A DNA stretch of 64,000 bases from Octopus vulgaris. Taxonomy: Eukaryota. The position numbers and the translations under genes are program-made. The notes under the pieces were generated by a model that did no database searches, was not told the origin of the DNA, and worked only from the letters and a program-made list of their open reading frames with translations. Positions 12,794 to 25,525 of this stretch are shown piece after piece. The DNA is taken from the NCBI GenBank assembly GCA_951406725.2, contig OX597833.1, positions 20,708,001 to 20,772,000 on the forward strand. The letters run 5' to 3'. How positions within the stretch are numbered: the stretch's first letter is position 1; the number at the start of each line of letters is the position of its first letter.

Positions 12794-13007
12794 CTAAAAA
12801 AAAAAATAGAGAAAGAGAAAGACAAAGCAAAATTATTTTAAATGAGATTAATGGAAACTTTATTTACATTATTTACATTTGACAGATATTTGTCCTCATC
12901 TTGTTTTTTGTTAACATGTTTCGGTTGATATACCCACCAGCCTTCATCAGGTGTCTTGGGGAAATTTTGAATCTGGGTTCTCATTCCTAAGGTATTTTTC
13001 AATGTTG

Positions 13008-13048
<41 letters not shown>

Positions 13049-13081
13049 ATTATTCCAGGCAGTGAATTGAATAATAATGAT

Positions 13082-13510
13082 AGTTTGACCGTAACCAGTT
13101 GAGCATGTCCCTTAGTGGCTGACGATATGTGCATCTCTGATCACAAGCAGAAGTAGTGGGGGACCATCAAAGCCATGTGTTGAGAGGGATTCTTAGGGGT
13201 TTGAATAATTCATCTCTGGAAACATGGGTGGTTCTTTCAACATCCTTAAACAACCCTTATTCAGAGACCTTTTGAGTGGGATGAGCTACTCAACTTGAAG
13301 AAAATTCTAACTGGGTCCCACCTGCAAGGTCATGTGCTGTTTATCTTGACATGAGATCACCATGTCGCGCACATATGGTTGTGATGCATGTGCCTGGTGT
13401 ACCCTTATCAGACGGGTAGTCATGATGGGTATATTGGGCTTCGTATATTTTACCCCAGTGTCACTTTGATGGCATGAACTGCTCTCTCACTTAATAATAA
13501 TAATAATAAC
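13082..13510 (+). mobile_element. Probable retroposon 3' portion ending in (AAT)n, unclassified
   Basis: GC-richer block ending ctctctcact(taa)n; single copy in window. Confidence 0.4.
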
Positions 13511-14685
13511 ATTGAAAGAAGGTGGCAAACTGGCAGAAACATTAGGACTCCAGGCGAAATGCTTAGTGGTATTTCGTCTGCTGTTATGTTCTGAGTTCAA
13601 ATTCTGCCGAGGTCGACTTTGCCTTTCATCCTTTCAGGGTTGATTAAATAAGTACCTGTTACGCACTGGGTTAATTGTAATAGGCTTAATCCCTTTGTCT
13701 GTCCTTGTTTGTCCCCTGTATGTTTAGCCCCTTGTGGGCAATAAAGAAATAAGAAGCAACAGGTGTCTTGATGTAGAGGAGATACATGGCTAAGCCAGTT
13801 GGGAAAAGAGAGGAGGGAGAGAGAGGGAGAGAAAGGGAAAGAGAGAGAGAAATAAAGATAGATAGATAGAAAGAAAGAGAGAGAGGATGGTGAAAAAGGT
13901 GTTAGGGTGTACCCTGCCACTAAAGGTAATTCTAGCCTACACGTCTAAACTGCAGATAAAGGAGGGTTTAACATTCTTACCTGAAACATGAAATGAATGA
14001 ACCCAAAGATACAGTTTACAGTGATACTGATACTCTATGAACATATGATTAACAAAATCTTAGTAGATGGGAAAATAGAAAGGTTTATTTGCTAGGAATA
14101 TGACCGTAAGTGAATCCAAAGACCTAGTCTTCAGTGATATACCAGATACTAATAATGACGATGATGATGATGGTGATAGTAATGATGAAGGCCAGAAATC
14201 TGTAGGAGAATTATACTGTCATTTATGTCGACCCTAGTATATGACTGGTATTTCATCGTATTGACTCTGGATAGCTTACAAGCAGAATTACCTTTGGCAG
14301 TATATGAACTGAAGAATGTAAATATCTGTTTCAAATTTTGGCACAAGACCAGCAACTTGGGATGGGGGGAGTGGGTAAGTTGGTCTGAACTCAGAATGAT
14401 TGCCTTAATGATAATAATAAAAATAATCCCATCTGCTAAAGGCAAAAGACCTGGAATTTTGGAGGTGGGGACTAGTCAATTACTTCGACCTCAGCGATTC
14501 ACTGGTACTTAATTTATCGAGCCCAAAAGGATGACAGGCAAAGTCAGCCTCGACAGAATTTGAACTCAGAACGCAAAGAGAGATTAAATGCTGCTAAGCA
14601 TTTTGCCTGACATGCTAACAACTCTGCCAGCTCACCACCTTAATAATAATAACAACAACAACAACAACAACAGCAACAACAACAA

Positions 14686-15935
14686 CAAGCAAACGCATCC
14701 GTCCTTTGGACAGTTTAAGTTACTTTCATGGTATTTTTTTCACCAAATAATTGAACTACCGAGAAGGTTTATGAGTAGCATGGCAATCTGTTTCCGATTA
14801 ACCTAGGAACGGAAAATCAAATTGAAGGCTGGTTATTGTGGAGGTCGTTGCACTTAGATTATCATAGAACATATAAGTGTGCAAGCGATTTAAAGTAGAG
14901 CTAATGAAATGTTTTGTGGGTAGATTATGGATAATGAATACAAAATATAGTTGTTTTACATGAAAGCAAAATTTATTGTCAGAAACAGCCTCATAAATGG
15001 TGTAAGGAAATTGAAGGAAGATGTTGAAACTTCTCCTCTGCGAGTTTATTTTTTTCAACAGCAAAGGGAGCTATTTTTTTTCAGAGAGAAAAGCTAACAA
15101 AAGCCCTTTTATTCTATCTTCCCACATAGTGTGCACATAAACAAACAGCAAATGCTGCATAAAGTTAAATTGGTATAGAGCTTCCTGAAAGATATGTATA
15201 GCTTTCGCTAGTGGAAGCAAAACTCTTATTTAGAGGTTGATTCTTTGGGACGAATCACACGTGAGTGTTTAAAAAAGGATAGAATGACAATGCTAAAACC
15301 TATTTGAAACAATGAACAGCAGCTGGGTAAAGAAGCATCCTTAAAGTGAAACAATGGTATCAAAGGTAAAAAAAAAAAGGGTATCAACAATCAGATGAGA
15401 GGGAAGGGAACATCACCTTCCAAGTAACTCAGAATAGGTAAAGGTAAGCTTGCCAAAGTTTAATGCAGTTTCATGTATAGTCTTCCTAGTCAACTGAATC
15501 ATCGTCGTAAGTGGACAGCAGAAATAAATAGATGAAATCCTTTCACTTTTATAAAAAGATTAAAAAGAAAATGAGGGCAAAAAGCACTCGTTTTTTCACA
15601 ATGAAAAATCATTTCCTAGTAGCCGGAATTCCACGACAAAATGTATGTTTATTAAGTAAAACAGCCTGCAGTGCATGGTGCTAGGCATTAAAAGCCAATC
15701 GCACAAACGTAGAGGGGCTCTGGGCCCCCATGAATCGATAAAAAATCACTCTTTTTGCCATAGCAACCACATCTTTATAGCTTGCAAATTTTAACCATTG
15801 CGGGTCTCATCCTCACCATGCATTTAGTATCCCTGCCAATTTTCAGCTCAATCCTATCCTCAGTTTTGCTGCCATTAACTGTCAAAGCAAAATGTGCATA
15901 CAATTTTCATCCCAAAACTGTTTTATAGATATAGA
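14686..15935 (-). mobile_element. Probable non-autonomous Helitron
   Basis: Minus strand begins A|TCTATATCTATAAAA and ends CTTG|T, with a subterminal hairpin (ccgtcc-ttt-ggacag) about 10 nt from the 3' end; no TSD. Confidence 0.6.
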
Positions 15936-16244
15936 TAATGATGATGATGATGATGATAATAATGGTGATGATGATGATCTTTTCTACTAAAGGCACAAGG
16001 CCTGGAAATTTGGGGGAGGGGGTCGGTCAATTACTAAACTGGTACTTATTTTATTGACTCTGAAAGGATAAAAGGCAAAGTTGACATTGGTGGAATTTGA
16101 ACTCAGAACATAAAAACATGAAATGCCGCTCAGCAGTTCGTCTGGAATGGTAACAATTCTGCCAGCTTGCCGTCTTTGGCTTTAACTAAGTATCACAAGA
16201 AATTTTGCCCAATGTTCTTCCAGTTCTGCCAATCCACCACACTA

Positions 16245-16263
16245 GCAGCAGCCACAACAACTT

Positions 16264-16345
<82 letters not shown>

Positions 16346-16459
16346 AGCAGCAGCAGCAGCAGCGGCTACTACTACTACTACTACTAATGTTACTACTACT
16401 ACTGTTACTACTACTGTTACTACTACTACTACTACTGTTACTACTACTACTACTACTGT

Positions 16460-16493
<34 letters not shown>

Positions 16494-16495
16494 GT

Positions 16496-16545
<50 letters not shown>
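16245..16545. repeat. Compound trinucleotide microsatellite (CAG/CAA)n-(CTA/TTA)n
   Basis: Direct inspection. Confidence 0.95.
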
Positions 16546-16568
16546 AAAACCCGTCAAATGTTATTTAA

Positions 16569-16692
16569 ATAGAACTGTTTGTCATGCTCAGCCAACCACT
16601 GTTCTGTAGCTGATTGCAATGTGTCATCTCAAGGGAAGTCTTTGCTGTTCAATTTGTGCTTCAAATATGGAAACAGATGAAAATTACAAGGG
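16569..16692 (-). mobile_element. mariner transposase C-terminal relic
   Basis: Translates PCNFHLFPYLKHKLNSKDFP*DDTLQSATEQWLAEHDKQF. Confidence 0.6.
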
Positions 16693-16840
16693 AAGAACTG
16701 TTTGCCAAATTCGAAGCCAGATTCACAAGTGGTAGTTTCTGACACCTAAGCCAAGTGAACTGGTGCACATTCCTGAAGATACAGAACACTGCTATGCAAC
16801 ATTCCACAAACGAAATATTTTGAATATATGTCTACATCTA

Positions 16841-17376
16841 CAGGGTATCCGTAAAGTCATGATGCAATGCTACAAAATTACTCCATTCCTAATCTTGAGT
16901 AATCAGAAATGATAGAGAATACAGTTCTTCAAAAAGATGGTGCACCTTGTCATTTCACTCTGCAAGTCAGGCAGTTTCTAAATGAGAAATTCCCTAACAG
17001 ATTGATTGGAAGAAGTGGACCCTTATTTTGGCCCTCATGTTCACCAGATTTGACTCCACTGGATTTCTTTTTATGGGGGCCTGTGTGAAAAGTATTCTTT
17101 ATTCAACTAAGCCTCGATCTTCAAAAGACTTGAAAGCAAGGATAACTGATGTGATTGAAGGTGTTACTGAAAATCAGCTAAAAAATGTTTTCTGAGAACT
17201 GCAGAATCATATTATTCTTTGTATTACTAATTATGGTGGACATGTTGAAAATTAACAAGACGAATAAAAAATTTAGGTCATTCTTCTTTCTTATCCTTTT
17301 TACAGATTAATTCTATTGTGTATAATCATGAAGATACAAGTATTTTAAATTGCACCATGGCTTTATGGACACCCTA
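16841..17376 (+). mobile_element. Internally deleted Tc1/mariner element of the DD41D (rosa/Visitor) type
   Basis: TA-flanked TIRs cagggtatccgtaaagtcatgatgcaat / attgcaccatggctttatggacaccct. Internal QKDGAPCH...WPSCSPDLTPLDFFLWG has 41 aa between the two Asp residues. Confidence 0.85.
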
Positions 17377-17386
17377 TATAAGCTGC

Positions 17387-17453
<67 letters not shown>

Positions 17454-17624
17454 GAAGGCTTGAAAATGCAAAATTAAAGATGTTTATTCACTTGACCAGT
17501 TTCACTTTTTTAGAAAAAGATTGTCAAAAGTAAAATGTAAAGCTTTGTATAAGCTTTGTTGTGTTAAGTACTGGTTGTCACAAAAGTATTAAAATACATA
17601 TATACATTCTTTGATAATAATAAG

Positions 17625-18115
17625 AAAAACCTACAGAATTGGTCCCCAGAGCAGTGGAAGTATGTCATTTTCTCAGACAAGTCATCCTTTACTTTATTTC
17701 TGAACACCAGTCGAGTATACATGTGGAGACAGTCAAAAGAAGCATTTGATCCGGACTGCCTTCTTCCAACTGTTAAACATGGAGGAGGATCTGTGATGAT
17801 CTGGGGGAGGGTGATATATCTAGGAAATCTGCCGGCCCAACGGTTTCCCTCCATGGTAGAATTAATGGGCAAGACTATTCAAGCATTTTCCCTGATCAAA
17901 TTCATGCTATGGTTGCAGAACTGTTTCCGGAGGGAAACAAACTTTCAGGATGATAATGCACCAATTCACACAGCTAAAGATATTACTGAATGGCTTGAAG
18001 AACATTCTAGTGAAGCCGAACATCTTATCTGGTCACCAAAGTCCCTAGATCTCAATATTATTGAATATTAATGGTATATTTTAGAAAAACAAGTAAGCAG
18101 TCAATATCCGCCACC
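17625..18115 (+). mobile_element. Tc1-like transposase fragment (D34E-type motifs)
   Basis: WKYVIFSDKS, PTVKHGGGSVMIWG, FQDDNAPIH, WSPKSLDLNIIE motifs; frameshifted. Confidence 0.85.
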
Positions 18116-18800
18116 ATCTGTGCCGGCGGCACGTAAAAGGTACCATCTGTACGTGGCCGATGCCAGTACCGCCCTGACTGGCTTCCGTGCCCGTGGCACG
18201 TAAAAAGCACCAACTGTTCATGGTCACTGCCAGCCTACCCTGGCACTTAAAAAGCACCATCCGTATGTGGCCGATGCCAGCGCCACCTTGACTGGCTTCT
18301 GTGCTGGTGGCACATAAAAACCACCAACCGATCGTGGCTGTTGCAACCTTCCCTGGCACGTAAAAAGCACCATCCGTACGTGGTCGATGCCAGCGCCACC
18401 TTGACTCACAAATCCACTCACAAGGCTTTGGTAACGATCGTGCTCAAATGGTGTTTTTAACATGCCATCGGCACGAAGGCCAGCTTGTTGCTCTGGCAAT
18501 GATCTCACTCATATGGTACTCTTAGCGCTCCACTAGCAACGGATGCCAGTCACCAAGCTAGATTTCGATTTCGATTTCACTTGCCTCAACAGGTCTTCGA
18601 CATAACTTAGAGGTGGTTTGGCTGCTATGTTTACCAGGCTAAGTGACCATGCAGTGGTTCAAAAAATGTTGTTATTGGTGTTGTTCTATATTATTATGTT
18701 TGACCTTAATGTTCATATGTAGTGGTTTAATAAATTATGTGATTGGGTATTATCTGGTAGTTGATCATTGATTAAGATGTGTTTCTCCATTTTCTTATTT

Positions 18801-18844
<44 letters not shown>

Positions 18845-18847
18845 AAT

Positions 18848-18909
<62 letters not shown>

Positions 18910-21628
18910 TGTATTATATATAAACTACATAATGCGTGCATGACTTGTCTAATACTCCATAAGTCAAGGAAAAGATGCACTCAAATATCAGTTAATACAG
19001 AGGGTATATTATCTGAAATGTATAGTATTAGATATCCACCTTGGCTGATCTTAACAATCGGGTTTCAAGCTAGGAATACAATGGAGTGTTAGGTAACAAT
19101 CCAAATATATAATCTCGAAACTGTTTGGAAAAGATTAGCCGTGATGGATAAATGATACTATATATTTTGGACAATAAATTATATTATAAAAGGCAACCCA
19201 ATGATAAAGTAATAATCAGGGATCAATGTTAAAAGGGATCACAAACTTTTGGAATATCTCTTTCATTTCAAATCTAGCAACATAAAGAGATAGTTTTAAC
19301 AGCATAGATATATAAAAACATACACAGATACACGCATACATCAGCAAGCATACACAGACGTGAAAATATACACATACATATTCACACACATAAATATACA
19401 CAAACATAAACGACAAAAAAAACAACACATATATGCATCATGAAATATCTTTCTCCTCGCTGATAAATAAAAGGAAAATATTAAATATTTATGAAGATAG
19501 CAAAATGTATTTATAACAAGCAAAAAAAAAATAAGTTTAAGCAACAGAAAATATAACTTATCAACAAATGTTAATAAAAAAATAAATACAAAGCAAAAAC
19601 AAAAAATAAATGAAAATTGCAAACTTCTAATTAGATTTCATTTTCAAAATGCAATTAAGTTAATCTTAATTGACAGAAACAAATAACAGCTAAGTGACAT
19701 TATTTATTCTGAAATCTCTCATCTATTCCAGCTTCAAACAAAATCTGTGACATTCAATGAGATTTTCCAGTCATTTGTTGTGCAGTCTATTGTTGCTGTT
19801 GCTGTTGTTGTTGTTGATTTTGAGGCTGTTGCTTATTTTAATAAAGACTTGATAGAATTATTGAGTCATTATTTTATTATCACTTATACATACATACATA
19901 CATATATAGGCATAGGAGTGGCTGTGTGGTAAGTAGCTTGCTTATGAACTACATGGTTCTGGGTTCAGTCCCACTGCGTGGCACTTTGGGCAAGTGTCTT
20001 CTACTATAGCCTCGGGCCGACCAAAGCCTTGTGAGTGGATTTGGTAGACGGAAACTGAAAAGAAACCTGTCATATATATGTATATATATATGTTTGTGTA
20101 TCTGTGTTTGTCCCCCCAACATCGCTTGACAGCCAATGCTGGTGTGTTTACGTCCCTGTAACTTAGCGGTTTAGCAAAAGAGACTGATAGAATAAGTATT
20201 AGGCTTACAAAGAATAAGTCCTGGGGTCGATTTACTCGACTAAAGGCAATGCTCCAGTATGGCCACAGTCACATGACTGAAATAAGTAAAAGAGTATATA
20301 TATATATATATATATATATATCTATATACAAATAGGTGCAGGCATGGCTGTGTGGTATGACGCTTGTTTCTCAACCACACGGTTCCAGGTTCGGACTTAC
20401 TGTGTAGCACCTGTGAAAAGTGTCTTCTAATATAGCCTGAGGCCAGTTAAAGCCATGTGAGTGGATTTCGTAGACAAAAACTGAAAGAAGCCTGCGTATA
20501 CAAAGTGCGGTGAATAAACTGTTGTCTAAATTATGCAAAAATGAAAATAACACTGAAATCTCATTTTAACAGATATATTTACCAAAATTACATAAAAATA
20601 TCTTGAAATATTTTGGCATGGTTTGTCATGGCTGGATGCTCTAGTCTAAAAGACTGTGGAATGGCAATGGATAGAATATCTTTCATCAGAGTTGTGTTGG
20701 ATCAGGACTGACCTGGAGTTGAACAATAACATCAACAATAACAATATTTTTTGAGCCACTGCATGGTCACTTAGCCTGGTAAACATAGCAGCCAAACCAC
20801 CTCTAAATTAAGTCAAAGACCTGTTGAGGCAATCGAAATCGAGATCAAACTTGGTGACTGGCATCCCTTGTTAGTGGAGCGCTAAGAGTACCATATGAGT
20901 GAGATCATTGCCAGAGCAACTAGCTGGCCTTTGTGCCGATGGCATGTTAAAACACCATTTGAGCATGATCGTTACCTGCGTCGCCTTACTAGCACTTGTG
21001 CTGGTGGCATGTGAAAAAAAACATTCGAGCGAGGTTGCTGCCAGTGCCACTGGACTGGCCCATGTGCAGGTGGCACATAAAAAGCACCATTTGAGCGTGG
21101 CCATTGCCAGTACCACCAAACTGGCCCTCGTGCTGGTGGCATGTAAAAACACCCGCTACACTCTTGGAGTGGTTGGCGTTAGGAAGGGCATCCAGCTGTA
21201 GAAACTCTGCCAGATCAGATTGGAACCTGGTGCAGCCATCTGGTTCGCCAGACCTGTCAAATCATCCAACCCATGCTAGCATGGAAAGTGGATGATAAAC
21301 GATAATGATGATGATTATTTTTTTTCTTTAAAAAAGACTTACTGAATGACTGTGTTTGAGAAACAAGGGAGGGTCACAGATGGAATGATTTTGATTAGCC
21401 TAAGTCTAACCTTAGGCTGAACAAACAATAACTACTATTACTGATCTTTATTTATTGCTTCCAGGTGTTGATATTGTGTTTATTCTTATATTTCTGAGGC
21501 TCATCTCATCTAATTCCATTGTCCTCAATCTTGAATATCCATCTTGAGATGCTTTTGGTCAGTGTTTGTATTGTCATCATCATCATCATCAGCAGCAGCA
21601 GCAGCAGTAGCAGAAGTAGCAGCAGCAG

Positions 21629-21827
21629 CCGTTCAAGAATTTGGACCTGGAGATCTCCATTTCTAGTGACTTCGAGGGCCACCTCCCAGTGGTGTCGGGC
21701 ATCAACACTCGACTACAACAAGACGACCAAAGTTTTTTTTTTTTTCCAAGGTCTGGGGTCTCCCGCCCCTAAGCCCTAGACCATCACCTAATCACCCTTA
21801 CCTGTCTTGTTACTTAACAACAACAAC
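21629..21827 (+). mobile_element. Unclassified structured short retroposon, copy 1
   Basis: Same sequence and same 5' start as 45925-46132; (AAC)n tail. Confidence 0.75.
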
Positions 21828-22161
21828 AGCAGCAGCACCACCATTTAAAAAACCGTGTTCCATGCTAGCATGGGTCAGATAGTGTGACAGGATCTTATGG
21901 CTTCAAGGATTGCATTGTGCTCTGTTCAGTATAGTTTCTACAACTGGATGCCCTTCGTAATGCCAACCATTTTACAGTGTGTATTGGGTTCTCTTTTTTT
22001 CTTTTTGTGCCAGAAGCATTAGTGTAGTAGATTGTCATGCAGTTTGCAAAACTATGAACCCCAAATAAAGAGGGGATACTTTATGCTAGAAGAATAAGGA
22101 ACAAAGAGCAGAAAAGTACGAGAGAAAAGAGCCAGAACAGAACTGGTTTGTAGCTGTAGAG

Positions 22162-22351
22162 CAGTGCCTCGCAACCAGTGTGTCACAACACATTGGTGTG
22201 CCATGAGATGATGCTGGGTGTGCCTCAGTGTAAGCTGACTGTAATTTTTTTCCCTATACTTATTGTTATATTTTTAGTTCAGATGTGCCACCAAATTTTG
22301 GAAATTTGGTACAAGTGTACCACAAATGAAAAAAAGGGTTGTGGAATACTG
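22162..22351. mobile_element. hAT-type MITE
   Basis: Imperfect TIRs cagtgcctcgcaacc / ggttgtggaatactg; 8-bp TSD ctgtagag / ttgtagag. Confidence 0.75.
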
Positions 22352-24026
22352 TTGTAGAGGAACTTCACGTCTACTTATATTTTAGGAGTGAGGGTAGGGG
22401 TGGGAGTGAGTGGGACTGGAAGGTGATATAAGTTGTCTCTTTCAATATTTCATTGGATGAAGACATTGAGCTGGCAGAATGATTAAAAGATGGCGAGCTG
22501 GCAGAAACGTTAGCATGCCGGGCGAAATGCTTAGCGGTATTTCGTCTGCCGTTACGTTCTGAGTTAAAATTCTGCCGAGATCGACTTTGCCTTTCATCAT
22601 TTCGAGGTCGATAAATTAAGTACCAGTTATGCACTGGGGTCGATATAATCGACTTAATCCGTTTGCCTGTCCTTGTTTGTCCTCTCTGTGTTTAGCACCT
22701 TGTGGGTAGTAAAGAAATAGGTATTTCGCCTGCTGCTACGTTCTGAGTTCAAATTTCGCAGAGGTCAACTTTGCCTTTCATCCTTTTGGGGTCGGTTAAA
22801 TAAGTACTAGTTATGCTCTGGGGTCGATATAATCAACTTAATCCGTTTTTCTGTCCCTGTTTGTCCCCTTTGTGTGTAGCCCCTTGTGGGCAGTAAAGAA
22901 ATAAGAATGGTTAACACACTGGGTAAAATACTTTGTGGCATTTCAATCGTCTTTATGTTCTGAGTTCAAATCCTGCTGAGGTTGACTTTGCCTTTCAAGG
23001 TTGATAAAATAACTACCAGTTGAGCACTGGGGCTGATGTAATTGTCTTACCCCATCACCTTGAAATTTCTGGCCTTGTGCCAAAATTTGAAGTGAATATT
23101 TTATTGGATGATCTCAAAGAGGGAGGTGAAGCTACAGACAGAATCTCTTGATCTTCATTCATACATTGCAGGTGATCAAATAAGGCTCCAGCCTTCATCT
23201 GACAGAAAAAAAACTATTTCGTATGAATACATAACAATTAACATTTGCACTATGGTTTGCCAGGGAGAAAATTCCTGTTTTAGCAACAAGCATGAAAATA
23301 TAAACAATCAACTCAGAGCACACTCTGGAGAGTGATGAATGCATTTCTAGCGCTTGGCTATAATCAGCATCAAGTATCACAAGGGAAACAACCCTGAGAT
23401 AACTTTGGAGGTCATTGCTTACTTGTTACTCTTTACTCTCTTTTACTTGTTTCAGTTATTTGACTGTGGCGATGCTGGAGCACCGCCTTTAGTTGAGCAA
23501 ATCGACTCCAGGACTTATTCTTTGTAAGCCTAGTACTTAATCTATCGGTCTCTTTTGCCGAACCGCTAAGTTGCGGGGACGTAAATACACCAGCATTGGT
23601 TGTCAAGCGATGTTGGGGGCACAAACACAGACACACACATACACATATATATGATGGGCTTCTTTTCCGTTTCCGTCTACCAAATCCACTCACACGGCTT
23701 TGGTCGGCCCGAGGCTATAGTAGAAGACACTTGCCCAAGATGTCACGCAGTGGGACTGAACCCGGAACCATGTGGTTGGTAAGCAAGCTACTTACCACAT
23801 AGTCACTCCTAGAAAACCAGTAGAAACATTCTGTTGACTACATGTGACACCACCAGGCTAGAATGAAGTGTGTAGGAGGCACACAAAAGCAGTGTTGTAA
23901 AAGCTGCAGTGAAGATGCTTGTCTTCCTCTGATATATACTGTAGGAAAAAGGAGGAGGCAGAGGAAGTAGAGAGAGGAGGAGGAAGAGGGTAGAAGAGAT
24001 AAAAGAAAGAAATCTGTTAGACTTAC

Positions 24027-24125
24027 CTGTTGATTTATGACTTCAACTTGATGGTTCTTCAAATGGGATTTCAGCCATTCAGTTGCTCGAGACGACGGGT
24101 CCACGAGAAAGGCAGGTAGAGAGGT
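24027..24125 (-). CDS. DYNC2H1: DYNC2H1 exon (AAA5): TSLPAFLVDPSSRATEWLKSHLKNHQVEVINQQ
   Basis: cactgcag acceptor, gtaagt donor, 99 nt, phase 0 to 0. Confidence 0.94.
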
Positions 24126-24149
24126 CTGCAGTGAATAAACCACAATGTA

Positions 24150-24556
24150 GTAGAGCTTATAAACTTAAATCTTACAAACAATAACTCTGAGCACCTTTTC
24201 AAACTCCACCTGTCTAACACCTGTGGACATGTTTACAAAGTCAGAAAACAGCACAGCTCCCATGACTTTCGGAAACATTTTTTCACGCTAAGAGTTACTG
24301 AAGCATGGAACAAACTGCCGGCATCAGTTGTTATTTGTCGGAGCATTGCATCCTTCAAAACTTCCATGCTTCCTGAGATTCGCCAACACTACATCTGATT
24401 TTCTCCCATCCATACACATGCAAGCATGTATCTGACTCATACACTGTTCACTTCCCAGACATTTGTACATTACTGAATATGCTTTATACGCACTTTTGAC
24501 AAGTTGTGGTGCACCTGAGCACTGTATACAATAATTTCATTATTATTATTATTATT
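24150..24556 (+). mobile_element. CR1-type LINE 3' fragment
   Basis: Translates NTCGHVYKVRKQHSSHDFRKHFFTLRVTEAWNKLPASVV...SFK (CR1 ORF2 C-terminal pattern), followed by 3'UTR and (ATT)n tail. Confidence 0.8.
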
Positions 24557-25028
24557 GCCGGTGACACGTAAAAGTACCATCCGTTCGTGGCCGTTTGCCA
24601 GCTCTGTCTGGCCCCCGTGTCAGTGGCACGTAAAAGCACCATCCGTTCGTGACTGTTGCCAGCATTGCCTGGCCCCGTGCCGGTGACACGTAAAAGCACC
24701 ATCCGTTCGTGGCCGTTTGCCTGCTCTGTCTGGCACCTGTGCGGGTGGCACGTAAAAAGCACCCACTACACTCACGGAGTGGTTGGGCTTCCAGCCGTAG
24801 AAACACTGCCAGATCTGACTGGGCCTGACGAAGCCTTCCAGCTTCACAGACCCCAGTTGAACTGTCCAACCCATGCTAGCATGGAGAGCGGACGCTAAAT
24901 GATGATGATGATTATTATTATTATTATTAAATGACTAAGAGAGAGGTGAAGAACAGCATGGAGGACAGTAATAAATATGATACTTGACTCTTTCCACCTT
25001 CCCAAAAAACTGTGTCCTTTGTTATTAA

Positions 25029-25525
25029 CCATTTAGCATTTAAACTAGCCATATCTGGCCCACACTTTTCTATCTGTTCTATGTTAAAACTGACCACATC
25101 TGGACTCTCACACCTACCTAACAATGTCATTGTAACAATATGTAATTACATCGTTGAAATGTCAGTTACAAAATATTAAAAAAATAAATAAATGCGCCCT
25201 TTTAAAGCCTAGCCAGGCTCATGGGCCCGGTTTCTCGGTTTCTATGGTGGATGAGTTCCCCAGCTGGATGGGATGCCAGTCCATCGCAGCATTACTCATT
25301 TTTGCCAGCTGAGTGGACTGGAGCAACGTGAAATGAAGTGTTTTGCTCAAGAACACAACGCGTCATCCGGTCCAGGAATCGAAATCACAATTTTATGATC
25401 ATGATACTGACACCCTAACCACTAAGCCACATGCCTCCACCAGTTACAAGATAATGCATGATTAATTGAAAACAATGTGGATAAATAAGCATTACATTTG
25501 ATAAAGTAATTTGAATGCTAAAGGG
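25029..25525. mobile_element. piggyBac-like MITE (TTAA-flanked) with nested SINE family D
   Basis: ttaa|ccatttagcatt ... aatgctaaaggg|ttaa. Related copies at 41580-42333 and from 31153. The nested SINE at ~25175-25440 has TSD cagttacaa. Confidence 0.7.

Noticed and set aside
16167-16572. Poly-Thr/Ala, poly-Leu and poly-Ser ORFs
   Set aside because: These are translations of a trinucleotide microsatellite, with no splice context or complex sequence.
12794-24026. Nested protein-coding gene in the 11-kb intron
   Set aside because: All ORFs there trace to transposons, SINEs or simple repeats; I found no spliceable non-TE coding signal by eye.
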